This document shows positions 1 to 8,424 of a stretch of 64,000 nucleotides of DNA, one piece after another. Below the pieces are notes generated by a model. That model ran no database searches. It was not told the DNA's origin and saw only the letters and a list, made by a program, of their open reading frames with translations. How positions within the stretch are numbered: the stretch's first letter is position 1; each line of letters begins with the position of its first letter. A program made the position numbers and the translations under genes. Origin of the DNA: an uncultured bacterium (GTDB taxonomy: Bacteria > Omnitrophota > Omnitrophia > Omnitrophales > Abzuiibacteriaceae); assembly GCA_964387845.1 (NCBI GenBank), contig CAYLXA010000005.1, positions 128,001-192,000 on the forward strand. Direction: 5' to 3'.

Positions 1-485
1 AGCCCTTTCTTATCTTTGCTTAAAGAAAGCCGTTCAAAAAGCAGGGAACCCTTTTGACGCTCCAATTCCCGGACTGACCAATTGTTTTTGACACATTCAA
101 TTTCATAAAAGGAGCGTGCCTCCGGTCGTTCGACGCGCATTAAAATCCGGTAATGTGTCCAGCTCAATTCGTGACGCAGTGCGTCACGAATTGGGAAGGT
201 AAGATAAAACTGACGAATATATCGCAAATTCGAATCATCAAAGCCTCTCCCAAAATCTCTTGTTAGTTTTTCCGAAAGCGACTTCAATAACGTCTCACCG
301 TAAGTGGCACGTTTTTGGCCTTTTTGTTCTTCTTCCACAATTTCACGGCCGATTAACCAATAGGCCTGCACCATTTCGGTGTTGACGGTACGCGCAATGT
401 TGGAACGTGCCGATTCTATGATCTGACGGATTTTGGAATAGACTTGGTCTTGCTTTGAGTTTTTCTTTTGAACTTCTTGCGGCAT
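1..485 (-). CDS. YhcG/DUF1016-family (PD-(D/E)xK nuclease-like) protein, N-terminal ~160 aa; gene continues beyond window start
   Basis: rc translation from ATG (483-485) with GGGAGGG RBS gives MPQEVQKK...VQAYWLIGREIVEEEQKGQKRATYGETLLKSLSEKLTRDFGRGFDDSNLRYIRQFYLTF..., matching the conserved DUF1016 N-terminal region; frame stays open to position 1, so it is missing from the ORF track. Confidence 0.6.
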   Translation of the reverse strand, partial: MPQEVQKKNSKQDQVYSKIRQIIESARSNIARTVNTEMVQAYWLIGREIVEEEQKGQKRATYGETLLKSLSEKLTRDFGRGFDDSNLRYIRQFYLTFPIRDALRHELSWTHYRILMRVERPEARSFYEIECVKNNWSVRELERQKGSLLFERLSLSKDKKG

Positions 486-789
486 GAGTAATTTGCCCTC
501 CCTTTTTTGGTAGCCCTTCCGCCTTTTGGCTTCAGGACGATGCTTCTAACTGCGTGAAGCATCGGGCAAATCACTTAATGTGGTGTCTTTATGCGATGAT
601 CGCAACCCTGTCCCAGCGCCACTTTGAAACAAAAACTTGTTTCTAATCAAAGCGCTGGACTGGACTCATTTCCTATAGACCGAACGGTTCCATTAATGAA
701 AATGAGTCCTGGTACTGCTTGATGCGAGAGTGAAGGATATCATATGTCCGGTCCGTATCAAAATGATTTTTTTCAGTTAAATTAATCCC

Positions 790-905
790 GAAAGGGTATA
801 TTTTATTAATTCGAGTTAAATATTATACCTTATAAGGTATAATATTTTTAAATTATACCAAAAAAGGTATAATATTTTACTAAAGTAGTTGATATTATAC
901 CCTTA
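790..905. promoter_or_regulatory. Three palindromic operator-like sites (AAATATTATACCT-n-AGGTATAATATTT and two variants) overlapping a sigma70-like promoter (TTGATA ... TGgTATACT) upstream of the hipB-like gene
   Basis: direct reading of inverted repeats at ~816-850, 851-878, 889-915. Confidence 0.5.
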
Positions 906-1145
906 ATGGTATACTATTCTGCCATGGATTACATTGGAGAAGAAATTCAAAATTTGCGTAAAAGAGCAGGGCTCACTCAACGAGAATTCGCGAAGCGAGT
1001 GGGTGTGGGGCTTAGATTTATTCGTGATCTTGAACAAGGAAAATCTACCGTACGGCTTGATAAGGTAAATCAGGTGCTTGAATTTTTAGGGCATCATTTG
1101 GAGATTGTTGCCAACCGTGAACGAAAAAATATTCAGAAAAGCTAG
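906..1145 (+). CDS. HTH XRE-family regulator, HipB-like antitoxin/repressor
   Basis: 79 aa with helix-turn-helix LTQREFAKRVGVGLRFIRDLEQG; first gene of three-gene hip-like operon. Confidence 0.7.
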   Translation: MVYYSAMDYIGEEIQNLRKRAGLTQREFAKRVGVGLRFIRDLEQGKSTVRLDKVNQVLEFLGHHLEIVANRERKNIQKS

Positions 1146-1461
1146 AGTTAACTACAAAGATGAACTTGCCGGTTATTTACAAGAAACCGAGAATGGTTTT
1201 CAATTTCTGTATGATGAAAATTATTTGCGTTCCGGCGGACAGCCAATTTCTGTGTCACTTCCTTTAACGAATGAGCCTTACGAATCAAAAGAGCTTTTTA
1301 GTTTCTTCCGCGGACTTTTGCCGGAAGGTTGGTACCTCGATATCGTGAGTGCGGCTAAGAAAATCGATACCAATGATTCTTTCGGCCTGCTTCTGGCTAC
1401 CACAGGCGACACGATCGGCGCAGTGACCGTATATCCAATCCGGGAAAGCGATGAGTCCTAA
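1105..1461 (+). CDS. HipS-like protein (stand-alone HipA N-terminal subdomain)
   Basis: 118 aa with HipA N-terminal/coupling-domain features (LPEGW, GxDxxGA); overlaps hipB 3' end and the downstream kinase gene start; alternative GTG start at 1114. Confidence 0.6.
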   Translation: MLPTVNEKIFRKARVNYKDELAGYLQETENGFQFLYDENYLRSGGQPISVSLPLTNEPYESKELFSFFRGLLPEGWYLDIVSAAKKIDTNDSFGLLLATTGDTIGAVTVYPIRESDES

Positions 1462-2311
1462 TCTGTTTGAAGAAATGTTTGGCACGAGCGAAGCTCCTAC
1501 AATCCCACTTTCGTTGAAGGATGTTCCTCTTCAAGCGCAAGTGATGGCGGGGTATATGTCCATTTCAGGGGTGCAGCCAAAATTGGTGCTGAAATTGGAT
1601 AAGCGTAAAAATGAGCTGACGGTGGCTCAGACGGATGGTGAATATATTTTAAAACCGCAAATCCCGCATTTCCCCCAGACGCCCGAAAATGAAAACTGCT
1701 GTATGGATATCGCTCAGGCGTTTGAGATTGAGGTGCCGCCCCATTGCCTTCTTCCACTGAAAGACGGAAGCCTGGCTTATGCGGTGAAGCGTTTCGATCG
1801 TGTGAGCGGCGAAAAAATCAATCAAGAAAGCTTTTATCAAATTCTTGAAAAAAGAGACAAATATATGGGCTCTCTGGAACAAATCGGTAACAGCCTGAAA
1901 CAAATTTCCGTAGTGCCGGGCCTGGATGTTCAGCTTTTCTTTGAATTAGTCGTTTTCAATTTTCTGATCGGCAATGGTGACGCGCATTTTAAAAATTACT
2001 CCATTTCTTATTTAAAGGATGGCATCCGGCTTTCTCCGGCCTATGATCTGGTTTGTTCCAAGCTGGTGATTCCGGGCGATTCGGATTCCGCACTCACGAT
2101 CAATGGCAAGAAGAATAATCTTAGGCGGGGCGATTTTGATGTGTTGGCTGCTTATTTAAAAATTCCGGAAAAGGTTCGTTACGATAAGTTTGCAGGTCAG
2201 CTTGGAAAAATGGAGCAATTGATTCGAGCCAGCCAACTCTCGGCAGATTTTAAAAAGACGTTTATTCAAATAGTTTCTTCACGTTTTGATCGGCTTAAAT
2301 TGGTGAATTAA
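1451..2311 (+). CDS. HipT-like Ser/Thr kinase toxin (HipA C-terminal kinase domain)
   Basis: 286 aa; Gly-rich loop MSISGVQPK (SIS motif) and catalytic GNGDAHFKNYS motif typical of HipA_C. Confidence 0.75.
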   Translation: MSPNLFEEMFGTSEAPTIPLSLKDVPLQAQVMAGYMSISGVQPKLVLKLDKRKNELTVAQTDGEYILKPQIPHFPQTPENENCCMDIAQAFEIEVPPHCLLPLKDGSLAYAVKRFDRVSGEKINQESFYQILEKRDKYMGSLEQIGNSLKQISVVPGLDVQLFFELVVFNFLIGNGDAHFKNYSISYLKDGIRLSPAYDLVCSKLVIPGDSDSALTINGKKNNLRRGDFDVLAAYLKIPEKVRYDKFAGQLGKMEQLIRASQLSADFKKTFIQIVSSRFDRLKLVN

Positions 2312-2339
2312 GCGCGCTGAGCCCGGCACGATTAGAACA

Positions 2340-2470
2340 GGTACCAAAACATTACAAAGTAGTTAATCTAATTTCCTTATATTCACAGTTAAAATATGTA
2401 TATTTATATACATATATATGTATTGAATAGTACATTTATATGTATATAATAATACATATTATATTTGACA
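2340..2470. promoter_or_regulatory. AT-rich region with several ATGTATAT..ATATACAT-type palindromes (candidate operators/promoter) upstream of an unknown two-gene module
   Basis: palindromes atgtatatttatatacat, acatatatatgt, tacatttatatgta read directly. Confidence 0.35.
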
Positions 2471-2480
2471 TTAACACTTT

Positions 2481-2909
2481 TTGAGGGTAGATTTTCTCGT
2501 ACCGGAGGAAGCTGAATATACTAGATTAGTCAAATTTATGACCGCGGCCGGCTATAAACAAGTGACAGGCTATGGTTGGCAGAAAAAAGGAGAGGCAATC
2601 ATTTTTGATCTTTATGTCGGTAATTCGGTTTATTCAACGGAATTATTGTCATCGCCGCTTGAAAAAGGCGGCCATCAGAAATTGAAGGAATGGAATAAAA
2701 TTTATTTAGGTGCTTTAAATCCGGTAGATCTGATTATTTCAAAAATGTTTCGCGGCAGCGAAGTGGATGTCCAGGACAGTTTAGCGTTACTCAAGCATGA
2801 GAAAATTAGTATTGAGGAATTAAAGAAACGATACATCAAAACAGCCAAATATGATGTAAGCGAAGACAGGGTATTGAAAAATTTAGATACATTACTCAGG
2901 AGGCTTTAA
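2481..2909 (+). CDS. hypothetical protein (TTG start); possibly nucleotidyltransferase/AbiE-like, unassigned
   Basis: 142 aa ORF, 3-nt gap to next gene (operon). Confidence 0.4.
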   Translation: MRVDFLVPEEAEYTRLVKFMTAAGYKQVTGYGWQKKGEAIIFDLYVGNSVYSTELLSSPLEKGGHQKLKEWNKIYLGALNPVDLIISKMFRGSEVDVQDSLALLKHEKISIEELKKRYIKTAKYDVSEDRVLKNLDTLLRRL

Positions 2910-2911
2910 TC

Positions 2912-3583
2912 ATGGATAAAAGTGATTTGTTGGACCAATTGGCTCAGCATGGCTATTCATTGATGAAGCCAAAATCAGCCGAGCCGGCCGAAAAACTGCT
3001 GGAGGCATTGCTGAAGCAGGATGATGCGCGTCTTTTGGAGGGCTTTCCGGTGGTGTTGGCCAACGCGTTTGACCAAAAAGACGGCTTGACGTGGGAAAAT
3101 CCTAAATGGAATGCTGAGGAATGGCAGGGAAAAAACAGAAGAAAATTGGTGGCCATGCTGTCTTTTAGTTATTATTTGTTTCGTTTATTTGGATTGGCGG
3201 AGTCTGAAAAGAAAGTTTTAGATTTGGTCAAGAAATTAAAAGGGGATAAAACGCTTCTTCATTTAACCGAATCTTTTGCGGAGTCCAAAGAAGTAGACTT
3301 GGACGGTGTCTCGCTATCAACGGAAAGATTAAAAAGCGCTTTCCGCCAATATGTATTAACGTCGGATCAAGGCGACGAAGTCGAAAAAAAGAAACGCGCG
3401 TTGGAATTAGAGCTGCTGCTTTCCGAACTGTTCAGCACGCGGCAAAAAGAACTGCTTGAGAAGCGGCTTGGTGGGGAGGAATTCACCAAAACAGAGCGTG
3501 AATACTATTACCGCGTCGTCAAAAAACGCTTGAAAGCGCTCGCGAGTGACGAACTTCACCAGATGGCCCGTTCGTTGGTTTAG
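2912..3583 (+). CDS. hypothetical protein (helical, coiled-coil-rich C-terminus)
   Basis: 223 aa ORF translationally coupled to preceding gene. Confidence 0.45.
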   Translation: MDKSDLLDQLAQHGYSLMKPKSAEPAEKLLEALLKQDDARLLEGFPVVLANAFDQKDGLTWENPKWNAEEWQGKNRRKLVAMLSFSYYLFRLFGLAESEKKVLDLVKKLKGDKTLLHLTESFAESKEVDLDGVSLSTERLKSAFRQYVLTSDQGDEVEKKKRALELELLLSELFSTRQKELLEKRLGGEEFTKTEREYYYRVVKKRLKALASDELHQMARSLV

Positions 3584-3595
3584 GGCGGGGGGTGT

Positions 3596-3628
3596 GGCTT
3601 GAAGCTTGAAGCTTGTAGCCTGCAGCCC
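3596..3628. repeat. tandem heptamer array (GCTTGAA GCTTGAA GCTTGTA GCCTGCA), family A intergenic element
   Basis: 7-nt periodicity read directly. Confidence 0.6.
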
Positions 3629-3647
3629 ACAATCCTATCCGCCGAGC

Positions 3648-3667
3648 CTTACCCCTTACCCCTAAGT
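3648..3667. repeat. heptamer half-element (TTACCCC)x2, inverted partner of 9827-9862
   Basis: CCTTACCCCTTACCCCTAAG; its reverse complement TAGGGGTAAGG recurs at 9826. Confidence 0.5.
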
Positions 3668-4014
3668 TTCAATCTGGACACAAAGCTTTTTGAGGCATAA
3701 ATCCTACTTAAATTGTGCCTGTACCTGTCCACCAAAATGATGCCTGGCACCTTTCTGTTAAGGATTCATATGCAACTCCTTTTTCCTGTAACATCAGGAT
3801 ATCAGGTGTTGCACTAGTAACTTGAACTCAAGCAGGTACCGAAGTAGAAATCCACTTCCTATCCGCTATACGTTGTTCGCGAACCAATAAAATAGTTGTT
3901 GAAATATAATATAAAGATTGTAAAATAATTACCTCACGCAAACAGTAAACCCCTCTCACGCCTTCACGCGCAAAATCAAACTAATTTCGTAATGCGTTCA
4001 CAAGAAAGGCGGAT

Positions 4015-4809
4015 TTGCCAATGAAAAAAGAAAAACTCATTTCTCAGAGGGATGGTTTACCAATTCGTTCAAGCGGTCCTTGGATCCGCAAAAAACATCA
4101 CTATTTAATCAGATATGCTGACATATTTACCCGAGGGATGAAGAACAAATGGGAATTGACGTACCTTGATCTTTTTGCCGGGCCCGGATGCTGCTTAATT
4201 GAGAAAGAGATGATCGAATTAGCCGGATCTCCGTTACTTGCATTAGGTTTTGATTTTAGGAAATACATTTTTATTGAACAGGATCATGATGACCTTGAAG
4301 CATTGAAACAGCGGTGCTCAAAATCACCAAAACTAAGCCAGATTCAATTCATAGAAGGGGATTGTAATAAGAATATTGATCAAATTCGATTGACGGGATT
4401 AACGCTGGCTTTTATCGATCCAACTGGTATTGACGTTCATTTTGAAACGATTAAACGACTCACCTCTTTAGGGCCGGTGGACCTGCTAATAAACATACCA
4501 TTTCACATTGATATCAAGCGCAACTTCACGAAGTATATAAAAACCCAACATAAAAAATTGGATCTCTTTCTTGGCGGTAAGGTACCGTGGGATAAATTGC
4601 ATCAAGAAAGGGATGTTTTAGAGTTATACAAAAAGCGAATAAAGGATTTGGGGTATCAAACCGTAGAATACAGCGACATAGTTGTCAGTAATACAAACAA
4701 AGTTCCTATGTACTTTCTTTTCTTTGCGTCCAAGCATTCGCGTGGTGTAGAATTCTGGAAGAAAATTACCAAGAAAGACGAAACCGGACAACTGGAGTTA
4801 GAACTCTAA
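4015..4809 (+). CDS. three-Cys-motif partner protein TcmP-like (class I SAM-MTase-like motifs)
   Basis: 264 aa; N-terminus matches TcmP family pattern; DLFAGPG (motif I-like) and FIDPTG (DPPY-like motif IV); immediately upstream of DUF5131 gene. Confidence 0.55.
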   Translation: MPMKKEKLISQRDGLPIRSSGPWIRKKHHYLIRYADIFTRGMKNKWELTYLDLFAGPGCCLIEKEMIELAGSPLLALGFDFRKYIFIEQDHDDLEALKQRCSKSPKLSQIQFIEGDCNKNIDQIRLTGLTLAFIDPTGIDVHFETIKRLTSLGPVDLLINIPFHIDIKRNFTKYIKTQHKKLDLFLGGKVPWDKLHQERDVLELYKKRIKDLGYQTVEYSDIVVSNTNKVPMYFLFFASKHSRGVEFWKKITKKDETGQLELEL

Positions 4810-4811
4810 GA

Positions 4812-5570
4812 ATGAGCGATAAATCAAATATCGAATGGACCGACGCGACATGGAATCCGGTAACGGGATGCAATAAAATCAGCCCCGGATGTAAAAACTG
4901 CTACGCCGAAACTTTCGCTGAGCGCTGGCGGGGAATTCCGGGCCATCCCTACGAACAGGGTTTTGACCTCAGATTATGGCCTGAGCGTGTCGGCTTGCCA
5001 TTATCGTGGAAAGAGCCGCGGATGATTTTTGTCAATTCCATGTCTGATCTTTTTCATAAAGATGTTCCGGATGACTTTATAGGGAAAGTATTTGAAACGA
5101 TGCTCAAAGCTAATCAGCATACTTTCCAGGTTCTGACCAAGCGGCCTGAGCGCATGGTTGAATGGACCAAGAAAACATTCGGCAATCAAAAATTACCGCG
5201 TCATATCTGGCTTGGTGTTTCGGTTGAAAACCAGGATTACGTATGGCGAATCATGTATCTTCAGCAAACACCGGCTCAAATCCGTTTTCTTTCGGTTGAG
5301 CCTCTTTTGGGGCCTGTTGTTTTAAAATCTTCAAATTTAAAAGGCATTCATTGGGTGATCGTGGGTGGCGAGAGCGGACACAGAGCCCGTCCTATGAATC
5401 CCGACTGGGCGCGTGATATCCGCAATCAATGCGAAAAATATGGCGTCGCTTTTTTCTTCAAACAATGGGGCGCTTTTAACGCGAAAGGCGAACGCGTTGG
5501 TAAAAAAGCCGCCGGCCGGGTTCTCGACCGCAGAACCTGGAACGAAATGCCAATTACAATCCCCGCCTAG
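4812..5570 (+). CDS. DUF5131 / phage Gp37-Gp68 family three-Cys-motif protein
   Basis: 252 aa; [27 protein letters not shown] signature (C-x6-C-x2-C). Confidence 0.65.
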   Translation: MSDKSNIEWTDATWNPVTGCNKISPGCKNCYAETFAERWRGIPGHPYEQGFDLRLWPERVGLPLSWKEPRMIFVNSMSDLFHKDVPDDFIGKVFETMLKANQHTFQVLTKRPERMVEWTKKTFGNQKLPRHIWLGVSVENQDYVWRIMYLQQTPAQIRFLSVEPLLGPVVLKSSNLKGIHWVIVGGESGHRARPMNPDWARDIRNQCEKYGVAFFFKQWGAFNAKGERVGKKAAGRVLDRRTWNEMPITIPA

Positions 5571-5593
5571 AATCCATCTCTCGTGGTTTAAAC

Positions 5594-5626
5594 GAGAAGC
5601 TTGTAGCCTGTAGCTTGCAGCTTATC
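5594..5626. repeat. tandem heptamer array (GAAGCTT GTAGCCT GTAGCTT GCAGCTT), family A
   Basis: read directly. Confidence 0.55.
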
Positions 5627-5744
5627 ATCATGATATAATTCCTATCGCGACGGCGCCCACATTGACCGCCGCGTGATGGCACTTGCGCCAGCGTTACCGC
5701 AGGTGCCTGCGAACGAAGTGACGCAGAATAAAGCGCAAGTGTCT

Positions 5745-6092
5745 ATGTCCGACATCAAGAAACTCACCGAAAAGATCAAGCAATTCCGCGACGAACGGGA
5801 TTGGAAGCAATTCCACAACCACAAAGATATGGCACTTTCACTTGTTCTTGAAGCCGCTGAACTTTTAGAACATTTCCAGTGGAAAACATTGGATGAAGTT
5901 GAAAAGCACGTGAAAACCTCAAAAGAGGATGTTTCAGATGAGCTTGGCGATGTCGCGATCTATCTTTTCGAGCTCGCCGATAACTTAGGGATAGACCTAT
6001 CAGAAGCGGTAGAAAGCAAGCTTCTTAAGAATGCCAGAAAATATCCTATACAAAAATCTAAAGGCACCATAACCAAGTACAATCAATTGTAA
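5745..6092 (+). CDS. MazG-like nucleotide pyrophosphohydrolase
   Basis: EHFQWK..E.ELGDV..YL..LA..LGIDL..A...KL.KN..KYP MazG signature; start taken at internal ATG 5745 (ORF track 5673). Confidence 0.65.
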   Translation: MSDIKKLTEKIKQFRDERDWKQFHNHKDMALSLVLEAAELLEHFQWKTLDEVEKHVKTSKEDVSDELGDVAIYLFELADNLGIDLSEAVESKLLKNARKYPIQKSKGTITKYNQL

Positions 6093-6099
6093 AGATTAA

Positions 6100-6876
6100 A
6101 TGCCCGGCAATGAATCTGCAGTAATAAAGTATTTGTTCAGAAATAAGAATCGTCTCGAGTTACCTCATTTAGGTTTAATAAAATCAATTGGGTTTCCAAA
6201 TGGACTCACAAATAACTACAAAGAAATAAAAAATGAAAATGAAATTTTAGAATGTTGCTCAGACAATGCTCGAAAAAAAGCAGATGTCTATATTAATGGG
6301 CAAGGCGTATCAATAAAACAATCAGGAGGAAGTTTTTCTTTTAATCGTTTGCAGCGTGCCGAGTTAATAGAAGTTTTTGCTAGTTTAATTTTTGATGCCC
6401 CTCATAATGTTTTAACTCAATTAGATAAAGAAGTTGAAAAATTTCATTTTGGAAAATTATCAGGACGTGGTAGGCCGTGGAAAGATTTTTTCTCAAATAA
6501 AGAATTTTATGCTTTAACAAATGCTCTTATGATGTTGCAATCTCCAAATTATGGACTTTCTCTTCATCCCGCTAAATTTATTCTGGAGGCTTCAAAAAAT
6601 TTAACAACCAATCCGAGTTTAAAAGTTTATACTTTTGATGAATATTTTGAACGTTATAACGAGTTTTTCAGGATTGCTATAAGACGTGTTTGGTTGGGGC
6701 AGAATAGTAAATCTGAGCATGGCCGTGCAAAAAGTCTAATAGCAAAACCTGAGAATGCAACCTGGGTCTTTAATACAATTTCCGGAACGCCAAGAAGTGG
6801 TTGGAAAGTTGATTTTCCAAAGTCGGAAAGAAGAACTGTGTATTATTTGATGATAGAAAAAGTAAATTCAAAATGA
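6100..6876 (+). CDS. hypothetical protein; candidate Type II restriction endonuclease of the adjacent vsr-dcm module
   Basis: 258 aa, low GC, 4-bp overlap with vsr; possible D...(V)SIK PD-(D/E)xK-like element; no family recognised. Confidence 0.35.
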   Translation: MPGNESAVIKYLFRNKNRLELPHLGLIKSIGFPNGLTNNYKEIKNENEILECCSDNARKKADVYINGQGVSIKQSGGSFSFNRLQRAELIEVFASLIFDAPHNVLTQLDKEVEKFHFGKLSGRGRPWKDFFSNKEFYALTNALMMLQSPNYGLSLHPAKFILEASKNLTTNPSLKVYTFDEYFERYNEFFRIAIRRVWLGQNSKSEHGRAKSLIAKPENATWVFNTISGTPRSGWKVDFPKSERRTVYYLMIEKVNSK

Positions 6877-7301
6877 CATTTGTATTTCAAACGACAAGTC
6901 AACGCTCCGAGTTAATGAAAAAGATTAAAGGAGTTAACACTAAGCCAGAAATTGCTTTTGCAAAGAAACTTGAATTATACAAAGTCAAGTTTAGAAAACA
7001 TTTTAAAAAACTCCCTGGAGTACCGGATTTTGCTATTTTGAGAGGTAGAGTAGCGGTGTTTATCGATGGGGAGTTTTGGCATGGATACAATTGGGTTAAT
7101 AAAAAGAAAAGGATAAGATCCAACCGACAATACTGGATTAAAAAAATAGAAAGAAATATACTAAGAGATTCGATAAATATGAGAGAATTAAAGAAAATAG
7201 GTTGGTATCCTTTAAGATTTTGGCAGCATGAAGTTGTTGCTGAGGGTGATAAATGTATAAAGAAAATCGAAAAAATAATGCAGCGACGAAGTTCAAAATA
7301 G
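6873..7301 (+). CDS. vsr: very-short-patch-repair endonuclease Vsr
   Basis: TSQRSELM...TKPE...FIDGEFWHG... conserved Vsr core. Confidence 0.8.
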   Translation: MTFVFQTTSQRSELMKKIKGVNTKPEIAFAKKLELYKVKFRKHFKKLPGVPDFAILRGRVAVFIDGEFWHGYNWVNKKKRIRSNRQYWIKKIERNILRDSINMRELKKIGWYPLRFWQHEVVAEGDKCIKKIEKIMQRRSSK

Positions 7302-8383
7302 CATCTTTTTTTGCTGGCTGTGGCGGCCTAGATTTAGGTTTCCAGCAAGCGGGCTTTGATGTTGTTTGGGCAAATGAATACGATAAAACAATTTGGGCTA
7401 CCTACGAACACAACCATCCTCATACGTTTTTATGCAAGAAATCTATTATCGATGTCAAATCAGATGAAATTCCAACTGTTGTTGGCATGATAGGTGGCCC
7501 GCCATGCCAAAGCTGGAGTTTAGCCGGAGCCATGAGGGGAGTAAAAGACCCGCGAGGTAAACTTTTTTATGAATACATAAGAATCTTGGCCGATAAACAA
7601 CCATCATTTTTCTTAGCCGAAAATGTTGCGGGCATTGTTTCTAGCACTCATGTGAATTCATTTGAAAATATCCTTAAAAAATTCGAAGAAATTGGTTACG
7701 TTACTTCATATAAATTGCTTGATGCAAAATCCTACGGCGTTCCTCAGGATCGGAAAAGAGTTATCATTGTAGGGTATTCTAAAGGTTTACATAAGAAATT
7801 TGAATTCCCGCAAGAAACTCATGGTGTAAATTCAGCGAATGGCGACTTATTCAAGCCACATTTAAAACCCTATGAAACTTTACGCTCTGCAATTGACGAT
7901 TTGCCTAATCCGGTGCCTGCTAGTTTGAAAAATAAGTCGAACAGCAGAATTCGTATTCCAAATCACGAATATATGACAGGAGGTTTTTCTACCATTTACA
8001 TGTCACGAAATAGGAGAAGAAATTGGAATGAGCCTTCATTTACAATTCAGGCGGGAGGCCGGCATGCACCGCTACATCCATCAAGCACTGAAATGATTAA
8101 AAAAGAGCCAGATTGGTGGGTATTTAAAAAGAAAGACAAAAAGGCTTATCGGCGAATGTCGGTAAGAGAATGCGCACGAGTTCAAACCTTCCCTGATAAA
8201 TTCATATTCAAATATGATTCAATTGCGGATGGTTATAAAATGGTTGGTAATGCAGTTCCCGTCGAGTTGGCGCGTGTTATAGCATTAAGAATAAAGTCAG
8301 ATTTGATACCAGAGAAAAATAATCTTAAAAGATCATCCCTTCGCAAAACACCCTATTCCGAATTGGTGTTAGCTTCCTCATAA
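7253..8383 (+). CDS. dcm: DNA (cytosine-5)-methyltransferase
   Basis: motif I FAGCGG, motif IV GGPPCQSWS, ENV motif VI, C-terminal target-recognition region. Confidence 0.85.
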   Translation: MYKENRKNNAATKFKIASFFAGCGGLDLGFQQAGFDVVWANEYDKTIWATYEHNHPHTFLCKKSIIDVKSDEIPTVVGMIGGPPCQSWSLAGAMRGVKDPRGKLFYEYIRILADKQPSFFLAENVAGIVSSTHVNSFENILKKFEEIGYVTSYKLLDAKSYGVPQDRKRVIIVGYSKGLHKKFEFPQETHGVNSANGDLFKPHLKPYETLRSAIDDLPNPVPASLKNKSNSRIRIPNHEYMTGGFSTIYMSRNRRRNWNEPSFTIQAGGRHAPLHPSSTEMIKKEPDWWVFKKKDKKAYRRMSVRECARVQTFPDKFIFKYDSIADGYKMVGNAVPVELARVIALRIKSDLIPEKNNLKRSSLRKTPYSELVLASS

Positions 8384-8424
8384 ACCGTAAACTGGACACC
8401 GTCCGGCAGAAAAAAGGTTGTTGA

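Noticed and set aside
906-2311. hipS-like and hipT-like ORFs as a single frameshifted hipA pseudogene
   Set aside because: The break falls at the HipS/HipT domain boundary known from tripartite HipBST systems. Both ORFs have their own start codons with 4-11 nt overlaps typical of translational coupling. A sequencing frameshift cannot be fully excluded without reads.
5673-5744. N-terminal 24-codon extension of the MazG-like ORF
   Set aside because: The extension is not family-like. An internal ATG at 5745 gives a protein of typical MazG-like length.
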